A program made the translations under genes and the position numbers. Source: Clostridiales bacterium (GTDB lineage: Bacteria > Bacillota > Clostridia > Ch29). From it: 62,863 bases of DNA. This document shows positions 16,691-26,206 of this stretch, piece by piece; the first letter of the stretch is position 1, and every line of letters starts with the position of its first letter. The notes below the pieces were generated by a model that did no database searches, had not been told where the DNA came from, and saw only the letters and a program-made list of their open reading frames with translations. Where the stretch lies: contig JAAYEV010000021.1 in the NCBI GenBank assembly GCA_012728565.1, forward strand, positions 1-62,863. Reading direction: 5' to 3'.

Positions 16691-17551
16691 ATGGTGATAA
16701 GGTTTGGCCCTTCCGGCAACTCGGAGGAATTTTACGAGCAGGGGTACAAGTCGTCGGTGGAGGCACCCAAGTGGCTGGCGGGCTTGGGCCTTAACGCCTA
16801 TGAGTACTCATGCACCAAGGGTGTTAAGGTTAAGGAGGATACGGCGGTGCAAATAGGGGAAGAGGCGCGCAAACACGATATCGCCCTCAGTATCCATGCA
16901 CCCTATTATATAAACCTTGCCGCCGCAGACCCTAAGAAAAGGGCCAATTCGGTGGAGTACATACTGCAGAGCCTCACGGTGGCGAGGTGGATGGGTGCCG
17001 GTAGGGTGGTGTTTCACCCGGGGTCCTGCGGCGGTGAAAACAGGACAGAAGCCCTTGGAAGAGCAAAGGAAGCTTTGAAGTGGACCATTGAGGAAGCGGA
17101 CCGGAGTGGTCTTGGCGGTATAGTGTTGTGTCCCGAAACGCTGGGCAAAAAAAACCAACTGGGAAGCTTGGAGGAAGTATTGGAAATGTGCCGGCTGGAT
17201 GAACGGCTGATGCCCACCATAGACTTCGGGCATATCCATGCCTATACCGGGGGAGGCCTTGAAAGCTATGAAGACTTCAGCCGGGTGGTGGATACAATTG
17301 AAGATGCCCTCGGCTTTGAACGTATTAAAAGACTTCATGTACATTTCAGCAGGGTGGAGTTTACAAAGGGCGGCGAAAAAAAACACTGGACACTTGATGA
17401 TACGCAGTACGGGCCGGAATTTATACACCTGGCCAGAGTAATAATAGATAGGAGACTTGCTCCCGTCATTATTTGCGAATCCCGGGGCACAATGGCCAGG
17501 GACGCGAAAAGGATGAAAGAAATATATGAAATAGTGCTTAAGGAGCGCTGA
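16691..17551 (+). CDS. endonuclease IV-family (xylose isomerase-like) TIM-barrel protein
   Basis: Metal-ligand pattern HAPYYINLA, FHPGS, CPET, DFGHIHA, HVHFS, ICES in the Nfo order. Confidence 0.7.
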   Translation: MVIRFGPSGNSEEFYEQGYKSSVEAPKWLAGLGLNAYEYSCTKGVKVKEDTAVQIGEEARKHDIALSIHAPYYINLAAADPKKRANSVEYILQSLTVARWMGAGRVVFHPGSCGGENRTEALGRAKEALKWTIEEADRSGLGGIVLCPETLGKKNQLGSLEEVLEMCRLDERLMPTIDFGHIHAYTGGGLESYEDFSRVVDTIEDALGFERIKRLHVHFSRVEFTKGGEKKHWTLDDTQYGPEFIHLARVIIDRRLAPVIICESRGTMARDAKRMKEIYEIVLKER

Positions 17552-17639
17552 TTTTGCTGTCAATTGTACGAATAATATGGTAATATAAATAGGGAAAATA
17601 ATAAGTAAAAACTGGAAAAGGCAGCAAGGAGGGTATTAC

Positions 17640-18707
17640 TTGCATAAAAGGCTTGCCAGGGCAAGGGACATGCTGCAGCAAAAGGGGCTGGATGCGGTGC
17701 TGGTCCAAAGCCCCGTTAACAGGAGGTATTTAAGCGGTTTTACCGGTACGGCGGGCACGCTGCTTATTACGGACAGCAAAAGCATTTTGATTACCGATTT
17801 CAGGTATACCTGCCAGGCGGAACGGCAGTGCCGGGACTTTATGGTGACCGAATGCCGGGAAGGCCTTTGGGACAGCCTGAATTCACTGGTTAGGGAGTAC
17901 CAAGTAAAAAAACTGGGGTTTGAGGATGACTTTTTTACTTACCGGCAGTACATCAAAATGAGAGAAAACTTGGAGGGAATAGAGCCGGTCCCGCTGGGTG
18001 AAGAATTAAACATTCTGAGGGCCGTAAAGGATCGAGAAGAGATGGGAATTATGAGGACAGCAGCAAGGATTTCTGAAAAGGCCCTGGAACATGTTTTGCC
18101 CATGATAAAGCCGGGGGTAACCGAAAGGGAGATTTCAAAGGAACTCGAGGTATTCATGATAAGGGCCGGCTGCACGGGTCCAGCCTTTGACTTCATAGTG
18201 GCGTCGGGATGGCGTTCCGCGATGCCCCACGGCGTGGCAGCCGATAAAAAGATAGAGTACGGCGACCTTGTCACCATTGACTTTGGCGGTAAATACGAAG
18301 GTTATTGTTCGGATATGACCAGGACTTTTGTAGTAGGGAAATGTTCTCAAAAACAGAAGGAAATATATGAAACGGTACTGGCCGCCCAGCATGCGGCCCT
18401 GGAACAAATAAGAGCGACCTTAAGGGGCTGCGATGCGGACAGCACGGCCAGGAGCGTTATAGAAAAGGCCGGGTACGGGGAATACTTCGGGCACGGCCTG
18501 GGGCACGGAGTGGGACTTGAGGTCCATGAGGCGCCGGTGCTGGGGCCAAAGAGTGAAACGATTCTTGAGCCGGGCATGACGGTGACGGTGGAGCCGGGTA
18601 TATACATGGAGGGTTTTGGCGGAGTACGGATAGAAGACCTAGTAGTAGTAACGGATAACGGAGTGGAGAACCTAAACAATTTTCCAAAGGAACTCATGGT
18701 TTTATAA
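17640..18707 (+). CDS. pepP: Xaa-Pro aminopeptidase (M24B)
   Basis: Creatinase-like N-domain plus pita-bread ligands (DFGG, DMTRT, HGLGHGVGLEVHE, EPG, RIED). Conserved position upstream of efp. Confidence 0.88.
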   Translation: MHKRLARARDMLQQKGLDAVLVQSPVNRRYLSGFTGTAGTLLITDSKSILITDFRYTCQAERQCRDFMVTECREGLWDSLNSLVREYQVKKLGFEDDFFTYRQYIKMRENLEGIEPVPLGEELNILRAVKDREEMGIMRTAARISEKALEHVLPMIKPGVTEREISKELEVFMIRAGCTGPAFDFIVASGWRSAMPHGVAADKKIEYGDLVTIDFGGKYEGYCSDMTRTFVVGKCSQKQKEIYETVLAAQHAALEQIRATLRGCDADSTARSVIEKAGYGEYFGHGLGHGVGLEVHEAPVLGPKSETILEPGMTVTVEPGIYMEGFGGVRIEDLVVVTDNGVENLNNFPKELMVL

Positions 18708-18742
18708 CCAATTAAACAATACGCTTACCAGGAGGGATAGTA

Positions 18743-19300
18743 ATGATTTCTGCAGGAGATTTCAAAAAGGGAATTACCTTTGAGATGGACGGCCAGGTCT
18801 ACCAGGTTCTGGACTTCCAGCATGTCAAACCGGGTAAGGGAGCTGCCTTTGTAAGGACAAAGTACAGGAACATCATTACCGGTGCAACCCAGGAAAGGGC
18901 CTTCAACCCGTCCGACAAGTTCCCAAAGGCCCATATTGAAACCAAGGAGATGCAGTACCTGTACGACGACGGCGACCTGTACTATTTCATGGATACCGAG
19001 ACCTACGAGCAGATTCCCTTAAGCAAGGACAAGGTGGAGGACGCCATTTTGTACATTAAGCCTAACGACATGGCCACGGTCAGGTTCTTTAAGGGTAATG
19101 CCTTTTCGGTTGAGCCGCCCAACTTTGTCACTCTGAGGGTGGTTGAGACAGAACCGGGTTTCAAGGGGGATACCGCCCAGAACGCTTTCAAGCCGGCTAA
19201 GGTTGAGACCGGGGCGATAGTTCAGGTGCCGCTGTTTATAGAAAACGGCGAACTCATAAGGATAGACACCCGTACCGGTGAGTATATGTCAAGGGTTTAG
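18743..19300 (+). CDS. efp: elongation factor P
   Basis: [10 protein letters not shown]...[13 protein letters not shown]...[11 protein letters not shown]...VQVPLFI are unmistakable EF-P blocks. Confidence 0.97.
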   Translation: MISAGDFKKGITFEMDGQVYQVLDFQHVKPGKGAAFVRTKYRNIITGATQERAFNPSDKFPKAHIETKEMQYLYDDGDLYYFMDTETYEQIPLSKDKVEDAILYIKPNDMATVRFFKGNAFSVEPPNFVTLRVVETEPGFKGDTAQNAFKPAKVETGAIVQVPLFIENGELIRIDTRTGEYMSRV

Positions 19301-19343
19301 GGTAATAATAGGAATAGCCAAAAATAAGAAGGAGGTTTGTAAA

Positions 19344-19775
19344 ATGAAATACTTGTATGAAAGAGTATCTTACTTAAGGGGTCTTGCCGACGGCCTGCAG
19401 GTAAGCGAGGACACCAAGGAAGGCAAACTGCTGGTCCACATTGTGGATGTCCTGGAAGACTTTGCGGATGCCGTCAATGAACTGGCTGAAGCACATGATG
19501 AACTCGACGAATACGTGGAATGCATAGATGAGGACCTTGCCGAAGTGGAAGAGGAAGTACTCGGGGACTTCTATGACGAAGACTATGATGACTATGACGA
19601 TGATGAAGAATTCATTGAAGTGGAATGTCCCCATTGTGAACATACCGTACTGGTTGAAGAAGAAGTAATGGAAGATGATGATGCCGACATAATATGTCCC
19701 AACTGTCACGAGCCCATATACGTGGACTTTGATGAAATTGATGACGATGAGGACGAAGAGGAAGGCGAAAGCTGA
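19344..19775 (+). CDS. acidic zinc-ribbon protein (CD1247 N-terminal-domain-like)
   Basis: Helical N-domain (YLRGLADGL), an extremely D/E-rich region, and CPHC...CPNC. Strong SD (GGAGG). Confidence 0.65.
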   Translation: MKYLYERVSYLRGLADGLQVSEDTKEGKLLVHIVDVLEDFADAVNELAEAHDELDEYVECIDEDLAEVEEEVLGDFYDEDYDDYDDDEEFIEVECPHCEHTVLVEEEVMEDDDADIICPNCHEPIYVDFDEIDDDEDEEEGES

Positions 19776-19790
19776 ACTAAAGATGCGGGA

Positions 19791-19824
19791 AAACGGTGCA
19801 ATCAAAAGGCACCGTTTTTTTTAT
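19791..19824 (+). terminator. intrinsic terminator
   Basis: AAACGGTGC-9 nt-GCACCGTTT followed by T8. Confidence 0.85.
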
Positions 19825-19906
19825 GCCTTTTGGCGGGGGTAAAATTTAGACATATTGTAGGTCCCATAAAAATATTAATTATATAAGAAAGGGGGACAGG
19901 TATATA

Positions 19907-20926
19907 ATGTACACTTATGAAAAGCCGGGACCCGCCGAGGCAAGCTGGCCAAAAGGAAAGTACAGGGCCATACTGGATTCGGTGCCGGTCAATATCCGCA
20001 AAATGATAGCCGGTCTTCCACAAAGAAACCTGGAGAACATTGAGGAGTTCCGACTGAAGGTAGGAGCCCCCTTTATTGTATATGGCGGAGGGGACAGTTT
20101 TTTTATTACCCGGGACGGTCATCTCAGCAGGGACATGACCGGGGCATATATTGTGACCAGGGAGGATACCGAAAAGGCGCTGCAGCTCATGTGCGACTGC
20201 TCGATTTACTCGATAGAGGATGAGCTGAGGGAAGGGTATATCACCATAAGGGGCGGACACAGGGTCGGGGTGGTGGGAAAGGCGGTCACAGAAGGAGGCC
20301 GGGTAAGAACTATAAAGGATATATCCGGTTTAAATATAAGGGTTTCCCGCCAGGTCATAGGCTGTGCCGACCCGCTGATGCCCCGCATACTAAGGGGCAG
20401 GGATGGAATACACAACACCCTTATCATATCACCACCCCAATGCGGAAAGACCACACTGCTTAGGGACATTATTAGGCAGTTGAGCGACGGGGTTCCTGCA
20501 TTGAACTTTACGGGGATGAAGGTGGGAGTGGTGGACGAACGCTCCGAGCTGGCAGGATGCTACCAAGGGGTCCCCCAGAACATTATTGGTATAAGGACTG
20601 ATGTACTGGACGCCTGTCCCAAAGCCCAGGGTATCATGATGCTAATTAGGGCCATGTCCCCGATGGTTATTGCCACCGATGAACTGGGAAGACCCGAGGA
20701 CTTGATGGCAATTGAGGAGGCGGTACGCGCTGGTGTCAGAATAATAACCACCGTCCATGGATGGAACCTGGAGGATGCGATGCAAAAACCGGTGATAGGG
20801 AAGCTCCTAAGGGACGGGGTATTTGAAAGGGCGGTGGTATTAAGCAGGAGAAGGGGTCCCGGGACGGTGGAACAGGTCATCGACGTAGGCGCAAGGAAAA
20901 TACTAAGGGGTTTTGGAGGAGCATAG
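19907..20926 (+). CDS. spoIIIAA: stage III sporulation protein AA (ATPase)
   Basis: Walker A PPQCGKTTLLRD and Walker B VIATDE. First gene of an 8-gene block with spoIIIA order and sizes. Confidence 0.92.
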   Translation: MYTYEKPGPAEASWPKGKYRAILDSVPVNIRKMIAGLPQRNLENIEEFRLKVGAPFIVYGGGDSFFITRDGHLSRDMTGAYIVTREDTEKALQLMCDCSIYSIEDELREGYITIRGGHRVGVVGKAVTEGGRVRTIKDISGLNIRVSRQVIGCADPLMPRILRGRDGIHNTLIISPPQCGKTTLLRDIIRQLSDGVPALNFTGMKVGVVDERSELAGCYQGVPQNIIGIRTDVLDACPKAQGIMMLIRAMSPMVIATDELGRPEDLMAIEEAVRAGVRIITTVHGWNLEDAMQKPVIGKLLRDGVFERAVVLSRRRGPGTVEQVIDVGARKILRGFGGA

Positions 20927-20927
20927 G

Positions 20928-21449
20928 ATGATGGTAAAACTTATAGGCTGCATTGTAATAATAGCTTGCTCAACTTCCGGGGGATACCTTTTGGCCTCCG
21001 GTTATACCAAAAGGATAAGGGAACTGAGGGCATTCCAGCACGCCCTCCAGTGCCTTGAAAGCGAAATACTGTTCACGTTAACACCGCTCCCCCAGGCGGT
21101 TAAAAAAATAGCGGCAAGGCTGGATAAGCCCATAGACAGGTTTTTCGCCTTTTTCGGCCAGGTTCTGGAACAAAGGGCCGGCCACACTGCGGAGGAGGCT
21201 TGGGATATGGCCATCGGCAAAGCCCGGGGTTTCCTCTGCCTGGACCGGGAGGACCTGGACATTATCCGGGGTTTTGGCAAGAATCTTGGTTCTACCGACA
21301 GGGCAAACCAGGAGAAATGCTTTAGGCTGGTAAAATACCAGCTACAGGAACAACTGGTTAAGGCCGAGGAAAAACGAAACAAAAACGAAAAGCTTTGCAA
21401 AAACTTGGGGTTCCTGCTGGGGGCCGCACTGGTAATACTTCTAGTCTGA
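20928..21449 (+). CDS. spoIIIAB: stage III sporulation protein AB
   Basis: N- and C-terminal TM segments with a helical cytoplasmic domain. ATG 20928 follows GGAGGAG. Position supports the call. Confidence 0.85.
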   Translation: MMVKLIGCIVIIACSTSGGYLLASGYTKRIRELRAFQHALQCLESEILFTLTPLPQAVKKIAARLDKPIDRFFAFFGQVLEQRAGHTAEEAWDMAIGKARGFLCLDREDLDIIRGFGKNLGSTDRANQEKCFRLVKYQLQEQLVKAEEKRNKNEKLCKNLGFLLGAALVILLV

Positions 21450-21465
21450 GAGGAGAGAGTGGGGT

Positions 21466-21663
21466 ATGGATGTCAACGTAATATTCAAGATTGGGGCCAT
21501 AGGTATCCTGGTGGCGGCTTTATACCTTGTGCTTAAGAATACAGGGCGGGAGGAACTGGCCCTTATGGCTGCCCTGGGCGGTTTGGTGGTGGTGCTTATG
21601 ATGGTTATACAAATGATTGGTGAGCTGTTTGATAACGTCAGGACAATGTTTCAACTCTACTAA
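21466..21663 (+). CDS. spoIIIAC: stage III sporulation protein AC
   Basis: 65-aa two-TM protein. Position supports the call. Confidence 0.85.
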   Translation: MDVNVIFKIGAIGILVAALYLVLKNTGREELALMAALGGLVVVLMMVIQMIGELFDNVRTMFQLY

Positions 21664-21677
21664 AGGACGGGATAACC

Positions 21678-22064
21678 TTGGAGATAATTCAGATTGTAGC
21701 GATAAGCATAATTGCCGTAATTCTGGCGGTTGTCATAAGACAGTACCGGCCCGAGCTGGCATTGCAGATAAGCGTCGTTACGGGTTTGCTCATATTTTTG
21801 GTGGTAATATTCAAGATGGCATCGGTGCTGGATGCGCTTAGGACTTTTACCGGCAGAATGAACATAGACACGGTTTATATATCCACGATCTTCAGAATAG
21901 TCGGTATCGCGTATATTGCCGAGTTCGGGGCGCAGGTGTGCAAGGATGCCGGGGAGAATTCCATCGCTTCAAAGATTGAACTGGCGGGTAAGGTTATAAT
22001 ACTTGTGCTGGCGGTACCAATACTTATGGCCTTGATGGAACTAATCATGGAGATAATACCCTGA
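21678..22064 (+). CDS. spoIIIAD: stage III sporulation protein AD
   Basis: 128-aa polytopic protein related to AC. Position supports the call. Confidence 0.85.
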   Translation: MEIIQIVAISIIAVILAVVIRQYRPELALQISVVTGLLIFLVVIFKMASVLDALRTFTGRMNIDTVYISTIFRIVGIAYIAEFGAQVCKDAGENSIASKIELAGKVIILVLAVPILMALMELIMEIIP

Positions 22065-22074
22065 AGGGGGCGGT

Positions 22075-23262
22075 ATGTTGGACAGGTGGGTATTAATGCT
22101 TATACTTTTCGCGGTACTGGTTATACTTCCATCGGAATGCGCTGCGGCCGGTGGAAAAACGGCGGGTCCCGTGGAACAGTTTATTGATGAGCAGGTGAAT
22201 AACCTCGACCTTGGCGATATCCAGGGCGTGCTGGACAGCCTTAACCGGGAAGTGGAAGGGTACATGCCTTCGATAAATGCCGTGGGACTAATAAAAGGGC
22301 TTATAAAGGGCGATGTAGGTATAACACCGGCCCAGGTGTTGGCCGGCATGGGCAGGTACCTTTTTGCACAGGTTTTGGCAAACTTGAACCTGCTGGCAAA
22401 GCTGGTGGTGCTGTCCATCGTATACGCAATCCTTTTAAACATACAGGATTCCTTTGGCGATGGTTCTGTAAGCGCCCTTGCCAGAATCGCTTGCATGCTC
22501 ATGCTTACCGCCGTGGCGGTGCAAAGCTTTTGGGCCGCAATCCAGGTTGGGTCCTCCACCATAGACAATATGGTGAAATTCATGCAGGTTTTTCTTCCGG
22601 CGCTGCTTGCTCTGCTTGCGGTGATGGGGGGGATCACCTCAATGGCATTGCTGCAGCCAGCCCTAGCGGTATCCATAGGTTTTTTCAGTACCGTGTTTAA
22701 GGATATACTGCTGCCGGTTATATTTTTTTCCGCGATTCTTGCGATTGTTAACAACATGTCCGAAAAATTCCACTTGTCAAGACTGTCCTCCCTTCTTAAA
22801 CAGGGGTGTGTTGCTGCAATAGGGCTTGTCCTTACTGTGTTTATTGGCATTATGACTATACAGGGGGTGACGGCCGCCACCATAGACGGGGTATCCATAA
22901 GGACCGCCAAGTTTGCGGTTGACAGCTTCATTCCGGTGGTGGGCGGTTTCCTTTCGGACGCGGTGGAAACGATAGTTGGCTGTTCGCTGCTGATAAAAAA
23001 TGCAGTGGGCGCCTTTGGGCTTATATCGCTGTTTTCAATAATAGCATTCCCGGCCCTTAAGGTCATATCGCTGGTCCTTATATACAAAGTATGCGCCGCG
23101 ATTATAGAACCGGTGGCGGGGGGGCAGCTGGTCCGGTGCCTGAACGAGATGGCGGGAAGCCTGCTGCTTTTATTTGCAACGGTGGCTTCGGTGGCGCTCA
23201 TGTTTTTCATATCGGTTACGATAATAGTCGGGGCAGGTAATGCCGCCCTTATGATGAGGTGA
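22075..23262 (+). CDS. spoIIIAE: stage III sporulation protein AE
   Basis: Signal peptide plus a polytopic permease-like body of ~395 aa. Position supports the call. Confidence 0.9.
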   Translation: MLDRWVLMLILFAVLVILPSECAAAGGKTAGPVEQFIDEQVNNLDLGDIQGVLDSLNREVEGYMPSINAVGLIKGLIKGDVGITPAQVLAGMGRYLFAQVLANLNLLAKLVVLSIVYAILLNIQDSFGDGSVSALARIACMLMLTAVAVQSFWAAIQVGSSTIDNMVKFMQVFLPALLALLAVMGGITSMALLQPALAVSIGFFSTVFKDILLPVIFFSAILAIVNNMSEKFHLSRLSSLLKQGCVAAIGLVLTVFIGIMTIQGVTAATIDGVSIRTAKFAVDSFIPVVGGFLSDAVETIVGCSLLIKNAVGAFGLISLFSIIAFPALKVISLVLIYKVCAAIIEPVAGGQLVRCLNEMAGSLLLLFATVASVALMFFISVTIIVGAGNAALMMR

Positions 23263-23266
23263 TGGG

Positions 23267-23869
23267 ATGGAGTTTTTACGGAACTGGGTGGTAAACATAG
23301 TAATTACCATGATATTTGTTACCATTGTTGAAATAATGATGCCGAGCGGTAGTACCAGGAAATACATTAGCCTGGTAATAGGTCTGATGGTTATGTTCGT
23401 AATAATAAACCCTGTTCTAACGCTGATGGCGGGGGACTTTGACTTCGGGAGCAGAGTTTATGAAACGTCTCGGTCCATTGCCCTGGGCGATGTGAATTAC
23501 AGGATGGGTAAACTGGAAAACAGCAGCAGGGAAGGAGTAATTAAGCTATACAAAAACAGCCTGGAGCAGCAGATTGCGAAGGATATTGAGAATAAAGGCC
23601 TTGGCAAGGTACAGGCGGAGGTAAGAATAGAAGAGCGGCACGACGCGCAAGATTTCGGAAGCATCACCGGTATAAGGGTGGTGATAACCGATACGGCGGA
23701 TAGGGACGGGGCGGGGGGAATCGAAAAAGTTGACAGGATAAAGGTAAAGGTGGGAGACGGTACAGGGCAGCCCGGCATTCATGATGAAAGCATGCAGCAG
23801 GAAATAGCAAAATACCTGGCCGGTACATACCAACTGCCGGAAGAGAGAATAGAAGTGGTATTGCCATAA
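23267..23869 (+). CDS. spoIIIAF: stage III sporulation protein AF
   Basis: Two N-terminal TM segments plus a ring-building-motif-type soluble domain. Position supports the call. Confidence 0.85.
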   Translation: MEFLRNWVVNIVITMIFVTIVEIMMPSGSTRKYISLVIGLMVMFVIINPVLTLMAGDFDFGSRVYETSRSIALGDVNYRMGKLENSSREGVIKLYKNSLEQQIAKDIENKGLGKVQAEVRIEERHDAQDFGSITGIRVVITDTADRDGAGGIEKVDRIKVKVGDGTGQPGIHDESMQQEIAKYLAGTYQLPEERIEVVLP

Positions 23870-23878
23870 GTAACACAA

Positions 23879-24484
23879 ATGGGGGGAGCAGGCCAAATGA
23901 ATCTGAACGCTTTTAAAGAAAAACTGTACAACATGGGTACAAAAAGAATGGTCCAAAATCTTGTCATAATATCACTGGTTGCTGCCATACTGGTAATCGT
24001 TTCGAGCAGTTTTTTTGGAACCGGTGACAAGAAGAGAAATAGTATTGAGGATAAAGACATACAATTAAATAGACAGTCGATTTCCGCAGCCACCTACGAA
24101 GAGCAGCTGGAGACCAGGCTGAAGGGTATACTTGAACAGATATCCGGTGTTGGTAAGGTCTCGGTAATGGTTACGTTAAAGTCAAGCAAGGAAATAGTGC
24201 CGGCTTTAAACACGGTGGAGTCGGGGAGCGAGACCAGTGAAAGGGACGGGGACGGTGGAACAAGAACAATCATTCAACAAAGTACAGACAAAAGGGTGGC
24301 ACAAGGTGGCGGCAGCATTACGTCGGACCAGCCGCTTATAGTTAAAGAGGTAATGCCGGAGGTGATGGGGGTAATCGTGGTGGCGGAAGGGGCGCAAAGG
24401 CCGGAAGTGACAGAACGGCTCACCGACGCGGTTCAGACGGTGCTGGGGATACCTGCGTTTAGGGTAAAGGTTTACCCAATGTAA
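23879..24484 (+). CDS. spoIIIAG: stage III sporulation protein AG
   Basis: N-terminal TM and a C-terminal EscJ/PrgK-like domain (VMGVIVVAEGA...RVKVY). Position supports the call. Confidence 0.88.
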   Translation: MGGAGQMNLNAFKEKLYNMGTKRMVQNLVIISLVAAILVIVSSSFFGTGDKKRNSIEDKDIQLNRQSISAATYEEQLETRLKGILEQISGVGKVSVMVTLKSSKEIVPALNTVESGSETSERDGDGGTRTIIQQSTDKRVAQGGGSITSDQPLIVKEVMPEVMGVIVVAEGAQRPEVTERLTDAVQTVLGIPAFRVKVYPM

Positions 24485-24558
24485 CTGTAAAGTGTCACCG
24501 TCGTTGTAATAGGCATGCGGATCGGGTGTCTCCACATAAAAAATGGGGGGAATGAGAT

Positions 24559-25155
24559 GTGATGGTATTAAGAAGAAAGACAGTGGTACTGTCATTGTTG
24601 GTGTTACTGTTAATTGTTATCGCGGTGGTAAATCATAATCTGGGGAGGGAAATTGCCGGCGACAACAGCCTAACCTTCGTAAAAGATGAGGTTTCCTGGG
24701 AACCGGATGTACCTGAGCCGGAAGGAGACCTAGCGTTGGACAGCGAAGACACCGGCAACATAGAAATCGAGGAGGGAGTGGAAACAAGCGCCGCCGGCCT
24801 TGCTACGTCCAGTTTCTTTATCCAGTCCAGGCTTGACAGGAACAAAAACAGGAGCTTCTATATAGAAACGTTAAACGGTATTGTTTCCGATCCGAACATA
24901 GACAGCGGCGTCAAGGAAATGGCCCAGGCAGAAATGCTTTCACTGATTAAAAAAAGTGAAACCGAAAGTATAATTGAGAACCTGATCAAGGCCAAGGGAT
25001 TTAAGGACGCCCTGGTGATTATGGGAGAGGATTCGGTAAATGTAATCGTGGATTCTGAAAAGCTTACCCAGGCTCAAGTGGCTCAAATAAAGGATATTGT
25101 AACCCGGGAGGCGGACGTTGAAACGGATAAAATAAAGATTATGGAAAAACAATAG
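24559..25155 (+). CDS. spoIIIAH: stage III sporulation protein AH
   Basis: N-terminal TM, acidic linker, and a YscJ-like C-domain (KGFKDALVIMGEDSVNVIV). Last gene of the block. Confidence 0.88.
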   Translation: MMVLRRKTVVLSLLVLLLIVIAVVNHNLGREIAGDNSLTFVKDEVSWEPDVPEPEGDLALDSEDTGNIEIEEGVETSAAGLATSSFFIQSRLDRNKNRSFYIETLNGIVSDPNIDSGVKEMAQAEMLSLIKKSETESIIENLIKAKGFKDALVIMGEDSVNVIVDSEKLTQAQVAQIKDIVTREADVETDKIKIMEKQ

Positions 25156-25227
25156 AATTATTTGTAAAGGCAAGGTCCATTTGGTATAATAAAGACTATA
25201 ATTAATACGCTTGATGGGGGTGAGAAC

Positions 25228-25617
25228 TTGTCGGACGAAGTTAGAAAGGATACCGAAGATTTCGGCACCGTGAAAATATCCGATGATGTGGTTTCCATAA
25301 TATCCGGAATAGCAGCCACGGAAGTTAAGGGAGTTGCCGGCATGAGCGGAGGCATTGCAGGGGGCATCGCAGAGCTGCTGGGCAGGAAAAACCAGTCCAA
25401 GGGTGTTAAGGTTACCATAGGGGAAAAGGAAGTTAACATAGACTTGCATGTAATCATGGAGTACGGGGTAAAAATACCCGACGTTGCATGGGAGATTCAA
25501 GAGAAGGTCAAAAAAGCCGTGGAAACCATGACGGGTTTGAACGTTGTCGAAGTGAACATACACGTACAGGGCGTGACCATGGATAAGGTAAAAGATGGAG
25601 AGGACCAGGAAAAATAA
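25228..25617 (+). CDS. Asp23/Gls24 family envelope stress protein
   Basis: KISDDVVSIISGIAATEVKGVAGM and VNIHVQGV are typical of Asp23. Confidence 0.88.
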   Translation: MSDEVRKDTEDFGTVKISDDVVSIISGIAATEVKGVAGMSGGIAGGIAELLGRKNQSKGVKVTIGEKEVNIDLHVIMEYGVKIPDVAWEIQEKVKKAVETMTGLNVVEVNIHVQGVTMDKVKDGEDQEK

Positions 25618-25640
25618 AGATTGCTTTTTCAAATAAAGAT

Positions 25641-25668
25641 AACCTCCTTTCCGGGAGGTTTGTTCTTT
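25641..25668 (+). terminator. intrinsic terminator-like hairpin
   Basis: AACCTCC-tttccg-GGAGGTT followed by TGTTCTTT. Confidence 0.6.
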
Positions 25669-25790
25669 AGCGGAAAAAAGGTGGACAAGCATAAATAAAA
25701 GCCAGTGGATCACTCCGGGTAGATTGGCGGGCCTTATGGAAATAATATTATTGCTGCACAAAGCCGGAAGTGAGACAGGAGGTTTGACGA

Positions 25791-26198
25791 ATGAGCAGGA
25801 AAAAGACCAGGGAGCTGGTTGTACAATTCCTATTCCTGTTGCAGATGCGTAAGGAGGACTACACCGGCCTTATGGAGGATTTTTTTGAGCAAAACCCCAT
25901 GCAGGAAGAGGATAAGGAATTTTTCAGGGAGAATATAGAGGGAACCGTAAAAAACCTCGACAGGATAGACGAGCTGATTTCCGGAAAACTAAAGAATTGG
26001 ACCATTGACAGGATACCCGGGGTTGACCTTGCCGTGCTTAGGAACGCCGTTTATGAGATTTTGTACAGGGATGATATACCGGTGAAGGTTTCGATAAACG
26101 AAGCGGTGGAATTGGCCAAGAAGTACAGTGACGAGGAATCTGGAGTTTTTGTGAACGGCATACTGGGAAACCTGGTTAGAGAACACAATATGCAGTAG
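25791..26198 (+). CDS. nusB: transcription antitermination factor NusB
   Basis: RELVVQFLF, DRIPGVDLAVLRNAVYEIL, INEAVELAKKY, FVNGILG. Confidence 0.93.
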   Translation: MSRKKTRELVVQFLFLLQMRKEDYTGLMEDFFEQNPMQEEDKEFFRENIEGTVKNLDRIDELISGKLKNWTIDRIPGVDLAVLRNAVYEILYRDDIPVKVSINEAVELAKKYSDEESGVFVNGILGNLVREHNMQ

Positions 26199-26206
26199 GT
26201 GAGCCA

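Noticed and set aside
16808-17563. 251-aa minus-strand ORF (and similar ones at 26290-27150, 27337-28191, 36249-36950, 59853-60452)
   Set aside because: All are antisense shadows of confidently identified + strand genes (nfo-like, tsaD-like, xseA, recN, dac) and have no recognisable motifs.
22041-23210. 389-aa ORF on the minus strand
   Set aside because: It is entirely antisense to spoIIIAE, whose + strand product has clear family features. The minus-strand translation is low-complexity (S/T/A/P-rich) with no SD, a typical shadow ORF in G+C-moderate DNA.
24940-25761. 273-aa minus-strand ORF
   Set aside because: It spans the 3' end of spoIIIAH, an intergenic terminator and all of asp23. A real gene would not run through a terminator hairpin and two well-supported genes.
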